UHGV virus genome: UHGV-0306691
Strand: one strand, 5' to 3'
Length of the DNA stretch: 11,944 bases
From: a virus
A program made the translations under genes and the position numbers. Numbering within the stretch: position 1 is the first letter of the stretch; every line of letters begins with the position of its first letter. The notes under the pieces were generated by a model that saw only the letters and a list, made by a program, of their open reading frames with translations, made no database searches and was not told where the DNA came from. Of this stretch, positions 6,394 to 11,944 are shown one piece after another.

Positions 6394-6521
6394 TTTCATT
6401 ACTGCAAATGCCCCTGCGGGGGCATTTATGGAAACGTAATTAACTCAATAATCACCGGATGGTGAGAGCTTCCTTTTAGCAGAATTCAGCGCGGTGCAGC
6501 GCATATAAAGTGGAGAACGAA

Positions 6522-7058
6522 ATGTCATTTATTAAAACTTTTTCCGGGAAGCATTTTTATTATGACAAGATAAATAAAGACGACATCGTGATTAACGATA
6601 TCGCAGTTTCCCTTTCAAATATCTGTCGCTTTGCAGGACATCTTTCACACTTCTACAGTGTCGCCCAGCATGCGGTGCTTTGCAGCCAGCTGGTGCCGCA
6701 GGAATTTGCTTTTGAAGCGTTAATGCATGATGCAACAGAAGCATATTGCCAGGACATCCCCGCGCCACTGAAACGCCTTCTTCCTGACTATAAACGGATG
6801 GAAGAAAAAATAGACGCCGTAATCCGTGAGAAATACGGGTTACCTCCTGTTATGAGCACGCCAGTGAAATATGCCGATCTCATTATGCTGGCAACCGAAC
6901 GCCGTGATCTCGGGCTTGATGATGGCTCTTTCTGGCCTGTTCTGGAAGGTATCCCGGCAACAGAGATGTTCAAAGTTATTCCACTGTCGCCAGGCCATGC
7001 CTATGGGATGTTTATGGAACGTTTTAACGAGTTATCGGAGTTACGCAAATGCGCATGA
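6522..7058 (+). CDS. yfdR: HD-domain phosphohydrolase, YfdR-like 5'-deoxynucleotidase family (178 aa from ATG 6522)
   Basis: HD-domain metal-binding motifs: H in SVAQHAVLC and HD in LMHDATEAY. ATG 6522 has GGAGA at 5-nt spacing (the track start at 6510 is a GTG without better context). The 178-aa length matches K-12 YfdR as I recall. Confidence 0.65.
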   Translation: MSFIKTFSGKHFYYDKINKDDIVINDIAVSLSNICRFAGHLSHFYSVAQHAVLCSQLVPQEFAFEALMHDATEAYCQDIPAPLKRLLPDYKRMEEKIDAVIREKYGLPPVMSTPVKYADLIMLATERRDLGLDDGSFWPVLEGIPATEMFKVIPLSPGHAYGMFMERFNELSELRKCA

Positions 7059-7591
7059 ATGTTTTCGAAATGGAAGGGTTTCTTCGCGGGAAATGTGTAC
7101 CGCGAGATCTGAAAGTGAATGAAACAAATGCTGAGTATCTGGTGCGTAAATTTGCTGAAGCGGAGGCTAAGATTTCGGCGTTTGCGGCGGAGAATGAACT
7201 GGCTCGTAAGGCGGTTCAGGCATTCTGCGATGTTGTTGGCGACAACACCGAGGTTATCGCTGAGGAGGTTGGGCGAGATGGCGTTCTGGTTATTTTGGAG
7301 GCCATGAAAGTAACAGGAAATATGCCAGCCACCGACGCTTTCCTGGCTGAAATACGTGCGGAGGCACGCAACGAGGGGATTAACTACACCGCAAGCCGCC
7401 TTGCTGCCGCTTTCAACCACGGATTTATCAATAAGTCTTTACGTGAAGTTTTCGACGTTACACGCATGATTCTGTCAGCGAAAGAAGAGTTGGCTAATGA
7501 ACCGCACCCAATTGATGGCCTGTCCGGTGAATATGCGGAGAAATCCCTTGAAGAATGGGCGGAACAGATTCGCAAAGGAGTTCAGTCATGA
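7049..7591 (+). CDS. Hypothetical protein, YfdS-like (180 aa); paralog of 8095..8493
   Basis: Start overlaps the upstream gene end; stop overlaps the next start (ATGA at 7588-7591). N-terminal ~45 aa nearly identical to the product of 8095..8493 ([41 protein letters not shown] vs [42 protein letters not shown]). Confidence 0.55.
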   Translation: MRMNVFEMEGFLRGKCVPRDLKVNETNAEYLVRKFAEAEAKISAFAAENELARKAVQAFCDVVGDNTEVIAEEVGRDGVLVILEAMKVTGNMPATDAFLAEIRAEARNEGINYTASRLAAAFNHGFINKSLREVFDVTRMILSAKEELANEPHPIDGLSGEYAEKSLEEWAEQIRKGVQS

Positions 7592-7821
7592 GCATCCGAA
7601 CTGAACATGGATTTGGTCCGTCAACGGTCGAAGTCGAATGGCTTGATGATTGCCCTAAGTGCCAGCACGGCAAAGCCAAGGTAACAGGATGGTCGGTAAC
7701 CAAAGATTCTTTGTGGGCGGGTGATGAGGCCGTCTGTTCCAAATGCGGTCACAAAGGCGAAATCGATGCTGATGGAGAGAATGCCTGGGTGGAATGGGAC
7801 GAAATCGAGGAGGCACAATGA
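7588..7821 (+). CDS. Small zinc-ribbon protein (CPKC ... CSKC), 77 aa, possibly YfdT-like
   Basis: ATG 7588 overlaps the upstream stop (ATGA). Two CxxC pairs (CPKCQHG ... CSKCGHKG) suggest a zinc ribbon. Acidic C-terminus. Confidence 0.5.
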   Translation: MSIRTEHGFGPSTVEVEWLDDCPKCQHGKAKVTGWSVTKDSLWAGDEAVCSKCGHKGEIDADGENAWVEWDEIEEAQ

Positions 7822-7933
7822 GCAATATCGACCTGCCGCTCAATTTATTCAGTAAGAGCTATGCGATACAAGCTAAAAAAACTCGATGAAGAAAGAGCAG
7901 GCATACGAATAAATTAACAAAGAGGAATTTACC

Positions 7934-8098
7934 ATGAGAGGACTTGCATACAATCCCGGCATTCTTCCGGCAGAAATGATTATTCGCCAACGCGTAAAGC
8001 CAATGCCATCGAGAGAGGAATTGCTTAAGAGAAATTCTTTTCCATCAGTGAATCAAAACAAATATCTGAATGCGATGTGGCGGAGTGGTAAGAAATGA
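7934..8098 (+). CDS. Hypothetical small protein (54 aa), translationally coupled to the downstream paralog gene
   Basis: AGAGGAA SD upstream of ATG 7934; no internal stops (translated by hand: [54 protein letters not shown]); stop overlaps ATG 8095 (ATGA). Below the ORF-track size cutoff. Confidence 0.3.
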   Translation: MRGLAYNPGILPAEMIIRQRVKPMPSREELLKRNSFPSVNQNKYLNAMWRSGKK

Positions 8099-8493
8099 AA
8101 CAAATGACACTAATTGAGATGGATGGTTTTCTGAAAGGCAAATGCATCCCACGAGATTTAAAGGTTAACGAAACAAACGCTGAATATCTGGTGCGTAAAT
8201 TTGCTGAAGCGGAGGCCAAGTGCGCGGCGCTGGCTGCTGAAGTTGAGGCTGTGAAATCAGCACATCAAGATGCTGTAAACACCATCATGTATACCGCCAA
8301 TCGAACGGGTGTTTTATACACAGAGAAGGCAATTCAAATGTCCTGCAAAACCCCGGCCACCGACGCCTTCCTGGCTGAAGTGCGGGCGCAGGGGGTAGAG
8401 ATGATGCGCGAACATCCATCAATCAAACTTTGCTCTTTGACGCACATATGTGACGAGTTAGCCGCCCAGCTTCGCAAAGGAGGCAACCAGTGA
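8095..8493 (+). CDS. Hypothetical protein (132 aa), diverged paralog of 7049..7591
   Basis: Shares the N-terminal domain and an internal [10 protein letters not shown][IV]RA motif with the 180-aa protein; a 51-nt patch (8170-8220) is about 94% identical to 7121-7171. Stop overlaps the next gene start (GTGA). Confidence 0.55.
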   Translation: MKQMTLIEMDGFLKGKCIPRDLKVNETNAEYLVRKFAEAEAKCAALAAEVEAVKSAHQDAVNTIMYTANRTGVLYTEKAIQMSCKTPATDAFLAEVRAQGVEMMREHPSIKLCSLTHICDELAAQLRKGGNQ

Positions 8494-9242
8494 GCGAGAT
8501 TAACTATCAGGCACTGCGTGAGGCGGCACAGAACGCGAAAAATTTAGGTGGGATTAAGAATTACAAGCGAGGCGAGCAAGCTGTTGCCGAATTTAAGTCC
8601 TTGATAACGCCACATATTGTGCTGGCGCTTCTGGAAGAACGGGAAAGAAACCAGCAATACATCAAAAGCCGCGACCAGGAGAACGAGGATATTGCGCTAA
8701 CGGTAGGGAAGCTGCGTGTTGAGCTTGAGGAGACAAAATCAAAACTCAACGAGCAGCGCGAGTATTACGAAGGTGTCATCTCGGATGGAAGTAAGCGCAT
8801 AGCAGAGTTGCAGACAAAATCTGCACCAGATTCGTTTGGCATCATCGGTGAAAATATTCGAACACAGGATAATCGAATAACGTCAGATCCTATGTTTTGT
8901 GTGTATCAAAAGCGCGAAATCGTTGTTGATGCTGATTATGACTATGACCGGATTGTCTGGGTTGATGAAGATGGCAATGAAGCCAATAAACTCCAAAGTC
9001 GTCGTCTCGAACTACTTCATGAAAACTTTCGGGAGCCACCAGAAAAATGGCGGCGCGTTGCTGTGAAAGATATTGATGAATTCGTTACCTGCTGTTTCAC
9101 CGAACAGGGTTGTAAAGATTACCTAGCAGTCAATGGTCACAATCTTCGATTGCCATTTATATATGTAAAAAGCGGTTTCAGGAACGCTGAATATATCGGC
9201 ATAAGAAACTGGCTTGCTGGCATTCGCATCAAAGGAGAGTGA
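8490..9242 (+). CDS. Ead/Ea22-like protein (250 aa, GTG start)
   Basis: AAGGAGG SD 6 nt upstream of GTG 8490. N-terminus (I)NYQALREAAQNA resembles the conserved N-terminus of Ead/Ea22-like prophage proteins (xIDYQALREAAE...) as I recall; a coiled-coil-like middle; position in the early-left operon is consistent with lambda ea22. Confidence 0.5.
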   Translation: MSEINYQALREAAQNAKNLGGIKNYKRGEQAVAEFKSLITPHIVLALLEERERNQQYIKSRDQENEDIALTVGKLRVELEETKSKLNEQREYYEGVISDGSKRIAELQTKSAPDSFGIIGENIRTQDNRITSDPMFCVYQKREIVVDADYDYDRIVWVDEDGNEANKLQSRRLELLHENFREPPEKWRRVAVKDIDEFVTCCFTEQGCKDYLAVNGHNLRLPFIYVKSGFRNAEYIGIRNWLAGIRIKGE

Positions 9243-9243
9243 T

Positions 9244-9531
9244 ATGGCAACTTTGCAGGAATTAATCGACCTGACGCCAGAACAGGAAAAAGCGTGGAAT
9301 CGCCTTGTGAAGGCTGTAAAGGATTTCAGGGCAGCCGGAGGAAAGTTTTATAGCGTCCTGGACACGCTGAGCGCATACAACGGCGAGCACGTTGCCAGCA
9401 TTGATAACGATAAGGGCTACCACACTGCAAGCGTCTATATGCCTAGCATTGATGCGCCAGGGCTAACCAGTTGGGCTGATGATTGGCACGGCATCACGCT
9501 GAAAGATGGCGTTGAAGTGGATGAGGACTAA
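9244..9531 (+). CDS. Hypothetical protein (95 aa)
   Basis: ATG 9244 one nt after the upstream stop, preceded by AAAGGAGAG. The ORF-track extension to 9214 overlaps the previous gene without an SD. No family recognised. Confidence 0.45.
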   Translation: MATLQELIDLTPEQEKAWNRLVKAVKDFRAAGGKFYSVLDTLSAYNGEHVASIDNDKGYHTASVYMPSIDAPGLTSWADDWHGITLKDGVEVDED

Positions 9532-9534
9532 CAC

Positions 9535-9894
9535 ATGACCACTATTACCAATAAGAAACAGTATCCCAGCGAGCAATATCTTAATGAGCTGATCACCAAC
9601 ATAGAGTTTGCTGCAAGGGCACCAGTTGAAGTCGTGAGAGCGATGGCAGCAGAGCTACAGAAGCGGCGCGAAGCTGATAGTGCAGAACCTGTAAGCCAGG
9701 CTTACAAGTTGAACGCGCTGGATGGCAACTCTCCGGTAACTCCGGATGGTTGGGTTATGGTTCCTAAACAGGTAACGCCGGAAATCAGCAACGCGATAAA
9801 CGTTGTGGGTCAACGCTGTACATGCGGAAATTGCTCTCAGCGGTTGTGGGATTTATTACTCGACGCCACACAGCAAGGAGTTAACCGTGGCTAA
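9535..9894 (+). CDS. Hypothetical protein (119 aa) with C-terminal CxCGNC motif
   Basis: Clean ORF starting 4 nt after the upstream stop; in operon context. No family recognised. Confidence 0.5.
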   Translation: MTTITNKKQYPSEQYLNELITNIEFAARAPVEVVRAMAAELQKRREADSAEPVSQAYKLNALDGNSPVTPDGWVMVPKQVTPEISNAINVVGQRCTCGNCSQRLWDLLLDATQQGVNRG

Positions 9895-10171
9895 CCTGCA
9901 ACTTGCCGTTAAAGGTGAATACTTCGATGCCATGATTCGCGGAGAGAAAACGGAAGAGTATCGCCTGTGTAATGACTACTGGAAAAAGCGCCTCGTTAAC
10001 CGTAAGCATGACCGCCTGATTATCACAAAGGGATATCCGAAGCGCGACGATTCCAGCCGCAGAGTTGATGTTCCGTATGACGGATATGAAGTGAAGACAA
10101 TCACACATCCGCACTTCGGTGATAAACCGGTAAAGGTATACGCGATAAAGGTAAATATCGGCACTGAATAA
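9887..10171 (+). CDS. ASCH/PUA-like domain protein (94 aa from GTG 9887)
   Basis: GEKTEEYR matches the ASCH GxKxxExR signature. GTG 9887 is preceded by GGAG and overlaps the upstream stop by 8 nt; the track start at 9803 lies deep inside the previous gene. Confidence 0.45.
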   Translation: MANLQLAVKGEYFDAMIRGEKTEEYRLCNDYWKKRLVNRKHDRLIITKGYPKRDDSSRRVDVPYDGYEVKTITHPHFGDKPVKVYAIKVNIGTE

Positions 10172-10196
10172 CAATCCGCACAACACAAGGTCAAGA

Positions 10197-10436
10197 ATGT
10201 TCAGAGTGATTTACCCTAACACCTGGTACGTCGACCACCACGGCACTCCCTGCAAAATCCTGCGTTCCACTCACAACAAAGTTCACTACATCCGAAAAGG
10301 CAGAACATGTATCGCCAGCATGTTCCGCTTTAATCATGACTTTGAACCTGTGAATAAAGCTGACGCAGATCGGATAGCTGAAGAGATCGAAACAGCAGAA
10401 CACATTAAGAAGTTACGTGCCATACGCAGGAAATAG
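10197..10436 (+). CDS. Hypothetical protein (79 aa)
   Basis: ORF in operon orientation with a weak SD (AAGG). Basic C-terminus. No family recognised. Confidence 0.4.
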   Translation: MFRVIYPNTWYVDHHGTPCKILRSTHNKVHYIRKGRTCIASMFRFNHDFEPVNKADADRIAEEIETAEHIKKLRAIRRK

Positions 10437-10575
10437 AAAAATTGATAAATTCAATACTGCATTTCTCAGCATTAAATTTATCTCTATGACCAGTCAAGAG
10501 ATGTACCTGCCATGAGCTTAATATCATGTCAGATATATCGGTCACAAACTCCCTCAGCAGCTAAGAGGAGGACAA

Positions 10576-10812
10576 ATGTCTCGACTAATCACTTTACAGG
10601 ACTGGGCTAAAGAAGAATTTGGGGACTTAGCACCAAGTGAGCGAGTTCTGAAAAAATACGCGCAAGGGAAAATGATGGCCCCACCCGCTATAAAAGTTGG
10701 TCGCTACTGGATGATTGACCGAAATTCCCGTTTTGTAGGAACGCTTGCAGAACCGCAACTCCCAATAAACGCAAACCCAAAACTCCAACGGATAATCGCT
10801 GATGGCTGCTAG
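10576..10812 (+). CDS. xis: Excisionase (lambda Xis-like)
   Basis: Strong SD AAGAGGAGG. N-terminus LITLQDWAKEE...KKYAQGKMMAPPAIKVGRYW parallels lambda Xis (LTLQEWNARQ...VRRWVRECRIFPPPVKDGREY). Overlaps the integrase start by 11 nt, as in lambda xis-int. Confidence 0.6.
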   Translation: MSRLITLQDWAKEEFGDLAPSERVLKKYAQGKMMAPPAIKVGRYWMIDRNSRFVGTLAEPQLPINANPKLQRIIADGC

Positions 10813-11944
10813 ACCCCGATCTCACAAAATCTCTATACCCAATTTATATTGCAAATTAGATAAGCGAACCGGAAAGGTATATTGGCAATACAAACATCCA
10901 CTATCCGGTCGTTTTCATAGCTTAGGAACTGATGAGAATGAAGCAAAACAAGTTGCTACTGAAGCAAATACCATTATTGCTGAACAACGTACCCGACAAA
11001 TATTAAGCGTCAATGAGCGTCTAGAAAGAATGAAAGGCAGGCGCTCAGACATTACGGTGACAGAATGGCTTGATAAATATATTTCTATCCAGGAGGACAG
11101 GCTGCAACATAATGAACTAAGACCCAACTCCTATCGGCAAAAAGGCAAACCCATTCGTCTTTTCCGTGAGCATTGTGGAATGCAACACCTCAAGGATATT
11201 ACCGCACTTGATATTGCCGAAATAATTGATGCTGTAAAGGCTGAAGGTCATAACAGGATGGCGCAAGTCGTGAGAATGGTGTTGATCGACGTCTTCAAAG
11301 AAGCACAACACGCAGGACATGTTCCGCCAGGATTTAACCCAGCGCAGGCAACAAAACAACCGCGAAATCGAGTAAACCGCCAAAGATTATCACTGCCCGA
11401 ATGGCAGGCAATATTTGACAGCGTAAGCAGACGGCAGCCCTATTTAAAATGCGGGATGCTACTTGCTCTTGTCACTGGACAACGTTTAGGCGATATCTGC
11501 AATTTGAAATTCTCTGATATCTGGGACGACATGTTGCACATTACTCAGGAAAAAACCGGTTCAAAACTTGCTATTCCGCTTAACCTGAAATGCGATGCTC
11601 TGAATATTACCCTTCGTGAAGTTATATCTCAGTGCAGGGATGCTGTTGTTAGTAAATATCTGGTCCATTACCGTCACACTACCTCTCAAGCAAACAGAGG
11701 AGACCAGGTGTCTGCAAATACTCTTACAACGGCTTTTAAAAAGGCCAGGGAAAAATGTGGCATAAAATGGGAGCCAGGAACTGCGCCCACATTTCATGAG
11801 CAGCGATCTCTGTCAGAACGGTTATATCGGGAACAGGGTCTGGATACGCAAAAGTTGTTAGGTCATAAATCCAGAAAAATGACCGACCGATACAATGATG
11901 ATCGTGGTAAAGACTGGATTATCGTAGATATCAAAACAGCATAG
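10802..11944 (+). CDS. int: Tyrosine site-specific integrase, lambda Int family
   Basis: 380 aa. N-terminal arm-binding region (RSHKISIPNLYCKLDKRTGKVYWQYKHP vs lambda RRSHERRDLPPNLYIRNNGYYCYRDP) and catalytic-domain motifs in lambda order: TGQRLGDICNLKFSDI (Arg), FHEQRSLSERLY (His-x-x-Arg), LLGHKS, DRY (Tyr nucleophile). Stop codon is the last triplet of the window. Confidence 0.9.
   Translation: MAARPRSHKISIPNLYCKLDKRTGKVYWQYKHPLSGRFHSLGTDENEAKQVATEANTIIAEQRTRQILSVNERLERMKGRRSDITVTEWLDKYISIQEDRLQHNELRPNSYRQKGKPIRLFREHCGMQHLKDITALDIAEIIDAVKAEGHNRMAQVVRMVLIDVFKEAQHAGHVPPGFNPAQATKQPRNRVNRQRLSLPEWQAIFDSVSRRQPYLKCGMLLALVTGQRLGDICNLKFSDIWDDMLHITQEKTGSKLAIPLNLKCDALNITLREVISQCRDAVVSKYLVHYRHTTSQANRGDQVSANTLTTAFKKAREKCGIKWEPGTAPTFHEQRSLSERLYREQGLDTQKLLGHKSRKMTDRYNDDRGKDWIIVDIKTA

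Larger units (their letters stand above)
1..11944. mobile_element. Lambdoid prophage segment (replication module, cI/cro immunity switch, early-left operon, xis-int)
   Basis: Gene order and orientation match a lambda-type early region: divergent cI/cro with repeated operator motifs, O-like gene with internal iterons, pL-like promoter driving a coupled operon that ends in xis and int. Prophage ends and att site are not in the window. Confidence 0.8.

Noticed and set aside
6036-7420. Minus-strand ORFs 6036..6281, 6788..6973 and 7001..7420, and plus-strand 6871..7122 and 7119..7307
   Set aside because: All overlap the better-supported yfdQ/yfdR/yfdS-like genes in other frames; arginine- or serine-rich, typical of off-frame translation of coding DNA.
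7384-7843. Minus-strand ORFs 7384..7575, 7494..7742, 7621..7818 and 7655..7843
   Set aside because: Antisense to coupled plus-strand operon genes; no SD and implausible composition.
9881-10403. Minus-strand ORFs 9881..10186, 9976..10194 and 10191..10403
   Set aside because: Antisense to the ASCH-like and 79-aa plus-strand genes that continue the operon; no supporting signals.
10915-11797. Minus-strand ORFs inside the integrase gene
   Set aside because: Antisense to an integrase with all catalytic motifs in order.
1-11944. Search for tRNA, rRNA, CRISPR arrays or IS/transposase genes
   Set aside because: No cloverleaf-like conserved tRNA motifs, no repeat-spacer arrays and no transposase-like ORFs were seen; the only mobile-element signature is the prophage itself.

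Overview
This window reads as a contiguous stretch of a lambdoid (lambda/KplE1-like) enterobacterial prophage, covering the replication module, the immunity switch, the early-left operon and the integration module. Minus strand, right to left from the switch: Cro-like (YdaS-type HTH) -> CII/YdaT-like -> small overlapping ORF(s) -> O-like replication initiator with six internal iterons (ori) -> winged-helix/PerC-like regulator -> phage Dam-type N6-adenine methyltransferase (runs off the left edge). Plus strand: a cI-like repressor (HTH + S24 peptidase) sits divergent from cro across an operator/promoter region; a second operator/promoter (pL-like) lies downstream of cI and drives a long, translationally coupled rightward operon. 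That operon contains a small ClpX-type zinc-finger protein, a putative DicF-like sRNA with an intrinsic terminator and an adjacent 20-bp RNA stem, a yfdP-yfdQ-yfdR(HD phosphohydrolase)-yfdS-yfdT-like cluster, a diverged paralog of the yfdS-like gene, an Ea22-like protein, several small unknown ORFs, an ASCH-like protein, then excisionase and a lambda-type tyrosine integrase ending at the right edge (att site not in window). No rRNA, tRNA, CRISPR array or transposase was seen. All family assignments rest on motifs read by eye and remembered family signatures; no database search was possible. The most interesting candidate is the DicF-like sRNA placed directly upstream of the yfdPQRST-like cluster, a possible combined host cell-cycle (division plus replication-initiation) control module, followed by the ClpX zinc-finger mimic at the head of the pL operon.
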